DNA of 37,714 nucleotides from assembly GCA_018302165.1 (NCBI GenBank), contig JAGWAA010000003.1:1-37714 (forward strand). The letters run 5' to 3'. The notes beneath the pieces are model-generated. The model worked only from the letters and a program-made list of their open reading frames with translations, ran no database searches and was not told the DNA's origin. The position numbers and the translations under genes were made by a program. This document shows, one piece after another, positions 1 through 9,038 of this stretch. The DNA comes from Candidatus Woesearchaeota archaeon. GTDB lineage: Archaea > Nanobdellota > Nanobdellia > SCGC-AAA011-G17 > GW2011-AR17. The stretch's first letter is position 1, and each line of letters starts with the position of its first letter.

Positions 1-59
1 TTTATACTTAACAAGAAAAACCATCCTAATTAAATAAAATCAAAGCTTAAATAATTTAT

Positions 60-743
60 CTAAATTTTTTGTAACCAACCTTTTTTAGGTTCAAAGAAAT
101 CTCCATTCTTTTTCAAAGCATCAACAACTTCCTCAAGTTTTCTTTCTGTAATACCTTTCTCAAAAACTTTTGGTTTCAAATCTTCTTCTATACTAATTGG
201 CCCACCCATTTTCTCTTCGGATAACTGATACAAAATATCTCTTACATCTAAAATCCTTCCTCTGGAAGAAGCACTAATTCCTGTTGTCATCCGATCAATA
301 TCAATTTTTCCAGTCTCAGGATCAATACCAATATCATTCATACATCCTCTTAATAACGCAATTGCACGTAAAGCATCATCTTGATCAACAGTCTGTTTCA
401 ATTTAATTTTAGCAGAAGCTTCAGCTAATCTAACTACTGCTTCTAACTGTCTCGCAGAAATAGGAATTGGTTTAATAGAAGAATCTCCTTCAGTACCAGT
501 TGCACGTAAACTAACATAAAAATTCTTAATTGTTTCAATAGCTTCCTCAGTTAATTTAGGAAAAATTTTCTGTCTAGTATATGCAATATATTTTCTTAAT
601 ATTTTCCCATCAATTTCTGGCGGCAAATCTTTGTAAGCATGCGATTCCAAAACTTTTGACGCAATGTTTGCATCCATTTCTCTATTTGGTAAATCTCTCA
701 TTACAAAAATTAAATCAAATCTATTAATCAACGCAGGAGGCAA
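60..743 (-). CDS. mcm: MCM replicative helicase, C-terminal fragment (arginine-finger region, sensor 2, winged-helix tail). The frame is open upstream to 785 but has no ATG.
   Basis: Translation (GYFDPFTPIPNQID)LPPALINRFDLIFVMRD... matches the MCM block that follows sensor 1 (canonical NLPPxxLSRFDLIF). It is on the same strand as, and contiguous with, the N-terminal MCM ORF, but in another frame. Confidence 0.85.
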   Translation of the reverse strand: MPPALINRFDLIFVMRDLPNREMDANIASKVLESHAYKDLPPEIDGKILRKYIAYTRQKIFPKLTEEAIETIKNFYVSLRATGTEGDSSIKPIPISARQLEAVVRLAEASAKIKLKQTVDQDDALRAIALLRGCMNDIGIDPETGKIDIDRMTTGISASSRGRILDVRDILYQLSEEKMGGPISIEEDLKPKVFEKGITERKLEEVVDALKKNGDFFEPKKGWLQKI

Positions 744-3700
744 ATCAATCTGATTCGGAATCGGTGTAAATGGATCAAAATAGCCTCATGCAGCGCTGAA
801 GTATCTTCTTTAGAAATTTTATCCATTTCATCAAGAACTAAAATTCCTTTGTCTGCTAAAACCATCGCACCTGCTTCTAATGCCCACCCTCTAAGAAATT
901 CATCTTTAACAACAGAACAAGTATTATGTACAAGAACTCCATCAACAACAAAATTATGTGAATCATCAATGGTTAAATCATAAACATAATCATAAGGTGT
1001 ATCAATCATTTCAATATTAACTATCTTCTCCCAAAAGATATCACTCTTAGCAAGAACTTTAATTTCTTTAAAATCAGAACCTTTAACTTTATCAAGAATT
1101 TTCAGTAAACCTTCTCTAGAAAAGTTTTTATGCCAACCAAACTTTCTTAATGAATAATTATTCTTTTGGAGCAAACTTTTTAATCGAACAGAAATTCCTG
1201 GAACAATATCAATATTTGTATCACTCTTTGTTTTAATTTTCAAAAGTTCTTCTAATTTTTTTTTCTTATTCTGATTCCTCAAAGGAATAAACTCATAAAA
1301 TTTTTTAAATTCATCTAAACTTCTTATTTCTAAAATATATTTTTTATGTTTTCCTATAATTTTAGAATTTACAGAAGGATTTCTAATCCTCAAAGAAACA
1401 TGAATATTATATCTCAACAAAACACTCTGAAGCTGTCTTGCAAGTTTTTCAGAACAAGTTGTCAAATCAATACAAGAAGAGCCTTCTCCTTTTTTTCTAA
1501 CATAAACTGAGCCATCTGTATCATATAATCCAGCAATATAATGAGCCAAAAGATTATTTTTCATATGCAACAAATCTTCAGATAAATAAATTTTATTAGA
1601 TTTCGGAGACAAAACTAACCCTAATCCAAAAAGAACTTCTCCAAGAATCTTTGAAGAACACCTTGTTTGTTTAGGTCTCATTTTATTTCCTTCAGTAGAA
1701 TAATAATGTAATCTAAATTGATTCGTTAAGATTTTTTGGAATTCAGAATGTAAATCCTCCAACGAATTTGAAAAACCAATTTCATAAGTAGAATTACTCT
1801 TTCTAATATGACCATCACCTGCAACTAACCCTGCAAGATACAAAACTTCATCATTCAAAACTAATGGAAGACTATGATTTTTTCCATTATATAAACTAAC
1901 CTTAACCACTTTATCATGATAATCTAATCCTACAACATTAGAAATTTTAATCAAATCCCTTAACTTTATATTTCCTCTTGCAAAATCATTAACCCAATGA
2001 TGATATAATTGATTTTCAGAAATTTTCAAATCTTTGCAAGCTTTTCGTAAAGAACCATATTTCTTAACTAACAAATTAGCAATTTCCTTAACAAAAGGTT
2101 TAACATTATGAACAACAGGATTAGAATTAACAAAATCAAGTATATATTTTTTATCTATAACACCACCAATTAAAGTTCTAGGAGTAGCAACATATTCTCC
2201 AACCTTTAACTCATTACTCTTCCTCCAATAAGTAAACCCCTCTTCAATAAAAAAAAGACTTGTATTCCCAGTTAATTCTATTTGCTTGCCACTTGAAAGA
2301 GTAATCTTAAACATTTTTCTTGGAGCCTCAAGTTTCCAAAGAGCATTAGGTTTTTTAGAATGAATTTTTAATTTATTAGACATACTTTGTATTTTCACAT
2401 CTGAAATATTTTCTTCTTTCCAAACTCCCGGTTTAAATTCAATATTATTCACTAATCTTTGTTCAACTAAATCTTGTATTTTAGGCATCCCACCAGGATT
2501 AGTTAATACAAAACTATTCGGACTCACACACAATCCAGCTCCTGACGCAGATCGTCCTGCAACATACCTCGCTTTCGGAGCAGTCTTTTCTACAAAGGTT
2601 AACATCTGACTTTTTCCACAATTATGTGAAACAATCCCATTTGCAATAAACATATGACTTTCAGGGACTTCAAAATCATAAACATCTTTTACTCCAGCAA
2701 AATCAATTGAAACAATTTTCTCCCATTCTTGATAACCTTTCCTTTTTCTTTCTCTTTGATTAATTACTTCTTTAACTTTCAATAAAGCATTATTCTTTTT
2801 TTCAGAAACAAATCCAATATTCTCGATAAATAAATTCATATCAAAAGCTCTGCGTATACATAAATTATCTTCAACTATTCTAGATTGTATCCCAAAATAT
2901 AAAAGCAATAATTGAACATCTCTAAGCAATTCACTATATCTTGATTTCAATTGAATAGAAGTTCTTCCTCTGCCATTACCAAATGCACAACCATCAGCTT
3001 CAAATAACCATTTCAAAAACGATGCAACAACAGATTTAGGACTTTGAAAAATACTTTGTGGTACTTTTTTTTCAGAAAGAAAACTTAAAGATTGAGCAAT
3101 ATGTTTACTATTAGCTTCAATTAAATGAACTTGTTGAGTAGAAATAATTTGCCTTGTACTTCCATCAACATTTTGAATCATACTAATCTTAGGATCTCTT
3201 GAAGAAAAATAAGGCTCTATTTCAAAACAAGTTTTCCATAGATTTGTAATTGGTATAATTAATTCTTTTTCTGCATCACTAACATAACAAGTAATCCTAT
3301 ATCCATTAGGATGCACATTACCATCACCAATAATATATCCATACAATCCTGCAAGTTCAGGAGTAACCTCTTTAGGTAATTTAACATCTTTCAAAAGCCC
3401 ACTACTTTTTTTTACAAAACTAAAATTAGTTTTCACATAATCCTTAACATTATTTTTAATTTCAGGCATAACACGCAATTCTTCTCTTAAAGTAAAACAA
3501 TCCGCTCTCTTCCACCCTTCCTTGCTCAACAATGGATGATCCAAAGTACATATCAATTGCTTTCCAGTTTCAGTAACAACTTTCAAAACCAATTTTTGCT
3601 CATATTTATGAAACTTTTTTGCATAATCAAATCCTTTCTCATTCACACAAGCCAATTTAACATTAATTTTTTCTAAATGCTTCTTCCCTAAATCTTCAAT

Positions 3701-4723
3701 CTTCTTCATTCCAAAATTAGAAGTTGCAACTTGCGAATCCCCAACAATACATCCTGGATCACCAACTAACAATACATGCAAATCTCCTCTAACAATAGTC
3801 TGATCTGCTTTAGTCTTTCTAATTCCACCAAATAACTGTAAAAGAATAGCTTCTTTAATTTTATCATGCCCATAAATCGACGGAGAAATACTTGCAACTA
3901 ATCTCTTATAAATATTTTTATCTTTAGCCAACTTTTTAATTTCAACTTCATCCTCAGGAGTAATATTAATTTCAGTATAATCTTCCTCAACAGGCTCAAC
4001 AAAATTCCCATTAACTCCTAAATCAAATCTTGTTGAAGTCCCACCAGTTTTAGTTGGCACAGGAATTTCAAACATCAATCCATTAACAATTATCCTAGTC
4101 CCTGGTGTCGTTCGCTTCTCCATTTTTGGTTCAACTAAATCTTCTCTTAAAAATATCTGCATTCTTTTAGGTTGTGCCCCACCCTCTAAATTTTCTGGAG
4201 ACTCTTCAATAACAATTCTTTGAACATCTACTAATTCTTTGGATAATAATCTAAACTTTCCTTTCCTTCCACAAGAACATCTTGAAGGTTCTCTAAAATT
4301 TGAATCAACCTGTGGCATTGTAATTGTATTCCCACATGATGGACACTCAAATTTCGCACTTACTGCTTGCGGTCGAACTTCAGAACTCTGCCTAATGATT
4401 CCTTCCATTGCAATAAACTTATTCAGATGCTTACTTCTCAAATTTTTAATATAAATTTCCTGAGACTTAGGCAACCCTTTAAACCTCACTCTAAACCCTT
4501 TCTTAACATCAAACTGCTCTAAAGCCATCTCAGCAGCCTTCAAAGTCTCTTCTGGCTCCTCTAACAACTGGTCAGCTAATTTAGGATCAAATTTCGTCAA
4601 CTCAAAAAAATCTAAAACCAAAAAATTAAGCCCTTTAGACAGATTTTCATGCAATTGCTTCTGATAACTCTGTTCGACAAATTCCTGAAATTTTTCTATT
4701 TGATCAGCTGCATCAATGGTCAT
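728..4723 (-). CDS. mcm: MCM replicative helicase, N-terminal domain plus AAA+ core up to Walker B, interrupted by two inteins. It ends in an out-of-frame tail after ...SALHEA.
   Basis: N-domain Zn ribbon CPSCG..CSCG. Walker A is split as LLVGDPG|intein|CGKSQML. GRSASGAGL|intein|TCSVVKDEF follows, then Walker B ILVLDEMDK. ATGA start/stop overlap with the upstream ORF. Confidence 0.9.
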   Translation of the reverse strand: MTIDAADQIEKFQEFVEQSYQKQLHENLSKGLNFLVLDFFELTKFDPKLADQLLEEPEETLKAAEMALEQFDVKKGFRVRFKGLPKSQEIYIKNLRSKHLNKFIAMEGIIRQSSEVRPQAVSAKFECPSCGNTITMPQVDSNFREPSRCSCGRKGKFRLLSKELVDVQRIVIEESPENLEGGAQPKRMQIFLREDLVEPKMEKRTTPGTRIIVNGLMFEIPVPTKTGGTSTRFDLGVNGNFVEPVEEDYTEINITPEDEVEIKKLAKDKNIYKRLVASISPSIYGHDKIKEAILLQLFGGIRKTKADQTIVRGDLHVLLVGDPGCIVGDSQVATSNFGMKKIEDLGKKHLEKINVKLACVNEKGFDYAKKFHKYEQKLVLKVVTETGKQLICTLDHPLLSKEGWKRADCFTLREELRVMPEIKNNVKDYVKTNFSFVKKSSGLLKDVKLPKEVTPELAGLYGYIIGDGNVHPNGYRITCYVSDAEKELIIPITNLWKTCFEIEPYFSSRDPKISMIQNVDGSTRQIISTQQVHLIEANSKHIAQSLSFLSEKKVPQSIFQSPKSVVASFLKWLFEADGCAFGNGRGRTSIQLKSRYSELLRDVQLLLLYFGIQSRIVEDNLCIRRAFDMNLFIENIGFVSEKKNNALLKVKEVINQRERKRKGYQEWEKIVSIDFAGVKDVYDFEVPESHMFIANGIVSHNCGKSQMLTFVEKTAPKARYVAGRSASGAGLCVSPNSFVLTNPGGMPKIQDLVEQRLVNNIEFKPGVWKEENISDVKIQSMSNKLKIHSKKPNALWKLEAPRKMFKITLSSGKQIELTGNTSLFFIEEGFTYWRKSNELKVGEYVATPRTLIGGVIDKKYILDFVNSNPVVHNVKPFVKEIANLLVKKYGSLRKACKDLKISENQLYHHWVNDFARGNIKLRDLIKISNVVGLDYHDKVVKVSLYNGKNHSLPLVLNDEVLYLAGLVAGDGHIRKSNSTYEIGFSNSLEDLHSEFQKILTNQFRLHYYSTEGNKMRPKQTRCSSKILGEVLFGLGLVLSPKSNKIYLSEDLLHMKNNLLAHYIAGLYDTDGSVYVRKKGEGSSCIDLTTCSEKLARQLQSVLLRYNIHVSLRIRNPSVNSKIIGKHKKYILEIRSLDEFKKFYEFIPLRNQNKKKKLEELLKIKTKSDTNIDIVPGISVRLKSLLQKNNYSLRKFGWHKNFSREGLLKILDKVKGSDFKEIKVLAKSDIFWEKIVNIEMIDTPYDYVYDLTIDDSHNFVVDGVLVHNTCSVVKDEFLRGWALEAGAMVLADKGILVLDEMDKISKEDTSALHEAILIHLHRFRIRLICLLR
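923..2530 (-). mobile_element. Intein 2 in MCM after ...SGAGL, 536 aa, with a LAGLIDADG homing endonuclease domain
   Basis: Starts CVSPNS, LAGLIDADG motifs LYLAGLVAGDGHI and HYIAGLYDTDGSV, ends GVLVHN followed by Thr+1 (TCSVVKDE). The block B position reads LTGNT, so it has no His. The end codon AAT was checked at 923-925. Confidence 0.8.
2621..3751 (-). mobile_element. Intein 1 in the MCM Walker A loop, 377 aa, with a LAGLIDADG homing endonuclease domain
   Basis: Starts CIVGDS (Cys1), block B TLDH, LAGLIDADG motifs LAGLYGYIIGDGNV and FLKWLFEADGCA, ends GIVSHN followed by Cys+1. Removing it restores GDPG-CGKSQ. Coordinates were counted from the ORF translation and checked against the codons at 3749-3751. 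Confidence 0.8.
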
Positions 4724-5151
4724 AAGCCCAGGAATAGAATTATTGAATATAAAGATTTGTGTTGTTTTTCCGAAATATTTTTAATCATCCTAACTTGATT
4801 TTCCTTTAGAAACCCTTTTTTTCTTAACAAATCCAATTTAGCTTTTGAAAGAACTTTAAACCCTGCCTTTTTACAAGCTTTCAAAGAAGCTATATTATCC
4901 TTATCAATAGTCGCACTCAAACAATTAAGATTCATTTTTTCCATAATCAAATTAACAATTATTTCAAATAGCCCTTTACTTCTAAACTCTTTTTTAATAA
5001 TAATTTGCAAAAAGTTTGGTTCAACTACACCTACAATACCAACTTTAGTTTTATTCTCAAATACAGTAAAAAAATTCTCACCTAACAAGATTTTTTCTTT
5101 ATCAATTAAAGAATTAAAAAAAACCTTATCAAATTTCTTTAAAGATATCAT
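4720..5151 (-). CDS. GNAT-family N-acetyltransferase (putative)
   Basis: IIIKKEFRSKGLFEIIVNLI resembles the acetyl-CoA pocket motif. NIASLKACKKAGFKV is the typical GNAT C-terminal N..A..L..K.GF. Stop overlaps the mcm ATG (ATGA). Confidence 0.5.
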   Translation of the reverse strand: MISLKKFDKVFFNSLIDKEKILLGENFFTVFENKTKVGIVGVVEPNFLQIIIKKEFRSKGLFEIIVNLIMEKMNLNCLSATIDKDNIASLKACKKAGFKVLSKAKLDLLRKKGFLKENQVRMIKNISEKQHKSLYSIILFLGL

Positions 5152-5186
5152 AATTAAACAAAGTTAAATCAAATTAAAAAAGGTTT

Positions 5187-5654
5187 CTAAACCTCATCTT
5201 TCTTTAACTCAATTATACCTTTATAGCTAGTTTTTTCTAAACCTGTAGGAGTATGCTTATTGTAAATTTCAATAAATTTTTCTTCATCTAAATAATATTT
5301 TCCACCAGCATTTTTATTTTTATATTTTTTAATAATAATATAAAATGCCTCCAATTGCTTGAAAACACTATCTTTCCTTAATTCCACTAGTTTCTCGGAA
5401 TTAGAATCAATAAGCAAAAAGAACTCAGTTAAAGTTAAAGGCTGTTTCAAATGTGAAAGTCTTCTTTCTATTGCTTCTGGAGCAATCTTTTCGCAATAAA
5501 TTTGTCCAGTTAAATATAATATAGCCCTAGCTCTATTCAACTCTTCCCAAGAAGGATTGATAAGAATAGATTGATAACCATTCCAAAGGTTGTCTAATTC
5601 TTTTTCAATCTTCTTCACATCCATTAAATAAGTACACTTCATTAATTCTATCAT
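5187..5654 (-). CDS. hypothetical protein
   Basis: 155-aa ORF in the same-strand operon between the HAD and GNAT genes. No recognisable motif. Confidence 0.5.
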   Translation of the reverse strand: MIELMKCTYLMDVKKIEKELDNLWNGYQSILINPSWEELNRARAILYLTGQIYCEKIAPEAIERRLSHLKQPLTLTEFFLLIDSNSEKLVELRKDSVFKQLEAFYIIIKKYKNKNAGGKYYLDEEKFIEIYNKHTPTGLEKTSYKGIIELKKDEV

Positions 5655-6262
5655 TAGGATAGTAATTCAGTCAAAGTTCGTATTTCACGAGCATCAACAG
5701 GATTTCTAAATTCACCCGTTCTAGTTATTAAAATTCCTTGCAGATTTGCATCTCTTGCAGCATCGAGATCACTAAATAAATCACCAACATAAGCATTTCC
5801 ATTAGTTCTTTTTCCAAAATAGTTTTTCAATACCTCACCTTTTGAAAGCCTTATACCATCATTAGATAAAACCCTATTAGGAACATACCTTTCAAGTCCA
5901 GTTCTATTTAATATTTCTAAAGCTAAATTTAAAGCTAAATTTGTAACAATAGATACTTTTGGGAGCCTAGCTAAAGTTTCTGCAGCATCTTCATATGCAA
6001 AAGTTTCAGAAATAAATTTTTCTTGAAATCTAATATTATAAGGTTTTAAAATCTCCCAAGGTTTAATTTGTGATTCTTGTCTAATTAATTCCCTTTCAAC
6101 TAAGTCTTTTCTATCTTCAGTCAAAAAAAGGCTCATAAACATCTCATTAGGTGCTTGTAAACCTTTCTCAGAAAACACTCTATTTAATACATCTCTTATA
6201 TAAGCTTTATTAGTAAAAACTAATGTTCCGTCCAAATCAAAACAAAGTTCTCTTTCACTCAT
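5654..6262 (-). CDS. HAD-superfamily hydrolase/phosphatase
   Basis: Motif I CFDLDGTLV (DxDxT), motif II SIVTN, motif III/IV K...YVGDLFSDLDAARDA. Confidence 0.75.
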   Translation of the reverse strand: MSERELCFDLDGTLVFTNKAYIRDVLNRVFSEKGLQAPNEMFMSLFLTEDRKDLVERELIRQESQIKPWEILKPYNIRFQEKFISETFAYEDAAETLARLPKVSIVTNLALNLALEILNRTGLERYVPNRVLSNDGIRLSKGEVLKNYFGKRTNGNAYVGDLFSDLDAARDANLQGILITRTGEFRNPVDAREIRTLTELLS

Positions 6263-6376
6263 TTCTTTTCTCCTGTCCCATTCTAAGCCTTAATCCAACG
6301 ACCTAAAATAAAGATATAAATAAGTGTAGTCCACCAACATGACAACATTTATATATAAAGAAATTACTCAAAAACT

Positions 6377-7114
6377 ATGCTAGATTTAACTAAATTAGGC
6401 TTAACTAAATTAGAATACAAAACCTATCTCATTCTTAGACGTTTAGGTAAATCCACACCAGGAATAATAATCAAAGAACTCCAGCTGCATCGAGCTACAG
6501 CTTATGATGTTCTTAATCGTTTAATCAAAAAAGGCTTAGTCAGTTACATAACAATAAACAAAAAGCGTTATTTCATTGCAGAAGATCCTTCAAGACTTTT
6601 AGATATTCTTACAGAAAAAGAATCAGAATTAGAAACTGAAAAGAAAAAAATAATTAAAGCTATTGAAGAGATTCAAAACTCAGAAAAAATAAAACAACCA
6701 AAGGATATTGCAAAAATTTTAACCGGAAAAGAGGGTGTAAAAACATTAATGCAAGATATTCTCAATACTAATCAAAATTTTCTCTCAATGGGTGGAGAGC
6801 TTAAGTTCAGAGATATTCTTCCAATATATTCAAAACATTGGGCAAAAGAACGTGAACATAAAAAAATTTTTGGAAAATTAATTTCAAATTATAAAACAAA
6901 AGACCAATGGAAAATGAATCATATTCGTTATTTACCCAAAGAATACACACTCCCCACCCCGATTATAATCTATGGTAATAAAATTGCCCTTGTTACACCA
7001 GATGAGAACTTCACAACAATTTTAATAGAAAATGAAAAAATTGCACAAGCATATAGGAGTCATTTTAATATCCTCTGGAACATAACGAAAAATAAACGGA
7101 GATTACTAAAATGA
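6377..7114 (+). CDS. TrmB-family transcriptional regulator
   Basis: N-terminal wHTH LTKLEYKTYLILRRLGKSTPGIIIKELQLHRATAYDVLNRLIKKGLVSY, followed by a coiled coil and a C-terminal domain, as in TrmB-like proteins. Confidence 0.7.
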   Translation: MLDLTKLGLTKLEYKTYLILRRLGKSTPGIIIKELQLHRATAYDVLNRLIKKGLVSYITINKKRYFIAEDPSRLLDILTEKESELETEKKKIIKAIEEIQNSEKIKQPKDIAKILTGKEGVKTLMQDILNTNQNFLSMGGELKFRDILPIYSKHWAKEREHKKIFGKLISNYKTKDQWKMNHIRYLPKEYTLPTPIIIYGNKIALVTPDENFTTILIENEKIAQAYRSHFNILWNITKNKRRLLK

Positions 7115-8193
7115 AAAAAGAAATTGAAACTGCACAATTTTGGGCCAGAGAAACCCATACTCCTTTATTCACATTAACCGACCCAAATAAAATAGAAATA
7201 CAAAACACTTTAATTTTATACAACGCAGGAACTTCAAATTTTTATTATATAAATCAGAGTGAAAAAATAAGATCTAAAAAAGGATACGAATATTTTAGCA
7301 AAGAATCTAATTTCAATAAATATATTCAAGAGACAAAATTAATTATTACCAAAATACAGGCATTCATCAAACCCACACTTAAAAAGAATTACAAAATTTT
7401 GACTAATATAGAATTATTTAATGAATTCGAAATAACCGAGAACAAAATTCTTGAATTTTTTCAAATATATTCCCAAACTGAAGCTTACAATTTTAAAAAG
7501 TTCGAAAACAATTTCTCAAAATTCAATAAAGATTTTGAAGAAATTGGAAAAATACGCCTAGAAATGAGAAGATTAATTAAACCATTATTTACAATCCTTA
7601 TTGGGAAAATAATTAAAGAAACTGCCAAAAGAAATAATCTCAATATAGAAGATACATTTTTTTATACTTTAAATGAAATTAAAGATTTATTTTTAAACCA
7701 AAAACAAATTTCAAAAGAGATTTTAAATTCCAGAAAAAAAGGTTATTGTATTTTAGTCCAAGAAAATAGATATAAAATCTATACAAACAAAGATTATTCA
7801 GAAATTTCAAAAATTATTGAGAACAAATTCTCACCCAAAACTAAAACACTAACTGGTTCAGTAGCGTGCCAAGGCAAAGTCATCGGAATTGCAAGAGTAA
7901 TAATTCAAAATAAACAAAACCTCAAAAAAGAACTTTCAAAAATCAAGGACGGTAAAATCAAGGACGGTGAAATTCTAGTCACAGACATGACCAAGCCGGA
8001 AATGATAACCTATTGCAAAAAAACATCAGCAATCGTTACAGATGAAGGTGGAATTCTTTGTCATGCAGCAATAATTAGTAGAGAATTTAATATTCCCTGT
8101 ATTGTTGGCACCAAAATTGCAACCCAATTAATAAAAACAGGTGATAAAATAGAAGTTGATGCAATTAAAGGTGAAATAAAAAAAATTAATTAA
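7111..8193 (+). CDS. PEP-utilising enzyme mobile (swivel) domain protein; N-terminal ~240 aa unassigned
   Basis: C-terminus GSVACQGKVIGIARVI...GEILVTDMTKPEM...AIVTDEGGILCHAAIISREFNIPCIVG matches the phosphohistidine swivel domain (GGxxxHAAIxxRExxIP). ATGA overlap with the TrmB gene. Confidence 0.7.
   Translation: MKKEIETAQFWARETHTPLFTLTDPNKIEIQNTLILYNAGTSNFYYINQSEKIRSKKGYEYFSKESNFNKYIQETKLIITKIQAFIKPTLKKNYKILTNIELFNEFEITENKILEFFQIYSQTEAYNFKKFENNFSKFNKDFEEIGKIRLEMRRLIKPLFTILIGKIIKETAKRNNLNIEDTFFYTLNEIKDLFLNQKQISKEILNSRKKGYCILVQENRYKIYTNKDYSEISKIIENKFSPKTKTLTGSVACQGKVIGIARVIIQNKQNLKKELSKIKDGKIKDGEILVTDMTKPEMITYCKKTSAIVTDEGGILCHAAIISREFNIPCIVGTKIATQLIKTGDKIEVDAIKGEIKKIN
7939..7968 (+). repeat. 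Perfect 2 x 15-bp in-frame tandem duplication (aaaatcaaggacggt)
   Basis: Read directly: 7939-7953 equals 7954-7968. It encodes KIKDG-KIKDG. Confidence 0.9.
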
Positions 8194-8199
8194 AAAAAA

Positions 8200-8574
8200 T
8201 TAATCCAAAGGCTTCACTTCATAAACAAAACAACCAGAATTTGTATTCCAAGGTTGTAAAGGAAAAACACAATATTCTGAAACAGATACTACTTTTCTAT
8301 TTTCATAAGCATCTTTTAATCTATCATTAAGCTTCTCTAAATCTTCTCCACAATAAGAATCTGGATTTAATCTAAATATTCTAACATTTCCAGTTTCAGT
8401 TTGAAGAACTCCTTCTTTTCTTTGATTAAAAATACCTGCCTCACCAAATTCTAAAATATTAACTCTTTGATTTATTCTTTCTGAAGTATGCTTATTCCAA
8501 AAATAAATACCACCAGTAACAGTTGCTATAACAAAAAGAGCACATCCCATCTTAACATTATTTTCCAAATACAT
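8200..8574 (-). CDS. hypothetical membrane-anchored protein
   Basis: N-terminal hydrophobic helix GCALFVIATVTGGIYFW. No known motif. Confidence 0.45.
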   Translation of the reverse strand: MYLENNVKMGCALFVIATVTGGIYFWNKHTSERINQRVNILEFGEAGIFNQRKEGVLQTETGNVRIFRLNPDSYCGEDLEKLNDRLKDAYENRKVVSVSEYCVFPLQPWNTNSGCFVYEVKPLD

Positions 8575-8603
8575 TTTTTACTCCTATCACCAAATTTTTA
8601 AAT

Positions 8604-8804
8604 TTATTTTTCCAATAATTTTTCTTCTAAACCAGAATGTTCTGTAAAAGATTCCGGCTGGGATTTTTTATAATGATCATAACAACTTCCACCATAGACT
8701 GCTAAAAACAAACTTCCAAATCCAACAATAAATAAATAATCCATAAGTGTAGGCTTATGATCATAATCACTACCAAAAATCTTATCATCAATCTTTTGCA
8801 TCAT
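8604..8804 (-). CDS. small hypothetical membrane protein
   Basis: 66-aa ORF with one hydrophobic helix (LMDYLFIVGFGSLFLAVYGG), same strand as its neighbours. Confidence 0.35.
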   Translation of the reverse strand: MMQKIDDKIFGSDYDHKPTLMDYLFIVGFGSLFLAVYGGSCYDHYKKSQPESFTEHSGLEEKLLEK

Positions 8805-8820
8805 TCTTCAAATTTCTCCT

Positions 8821-9036
8821 TTAATTATTAAAAAACTGAGATTTATATTCGGAATCTCTAACTTTTCTAACAATATCATAAGTTCCAGCAACAAAACAAG
8901 CTATACCAACTATTCCAAAAAGAATATTCTCTAAATTTGGTTTAGAATATTCATTAATTACACCAGGAATAAAAAACAAAGACATACCAACAAAAGTACT
9001 AGGAGGTAAATATTTTTCAATCATTTTATCAATCAT
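8821..9036 (-). CDS. small hypothetical membrane protein
   Basis: 71-aa ORF with two hydrophobic helices, 2 nt downstream of the tbp stop. Confidence 0.4.
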   Translation of the reverse strand: MIDKMIEKYLPPSTFVGMSLFFIPGVINEYSKPNLENILFGIVGIACFVAGTYDIVRKVRDSEYKSQFFNN

Positions 9037-9038
9037 TT

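Noticed and set aside
4239-4454. 71-aa plus-strand ORF inside mcm
   Set aside because: It is antisense to the well-supported MCM N-domain, with no motif and no start context.
6263-6376. Moderately GC-richer intergenic stretch before the TrmB gene as a possible RNA gene
   Set aside because: I could not build a cloverleaf or any stable hairpin set on either strand. It is consistent with a divergent promoter region (TATATATAAAG box at 6351).
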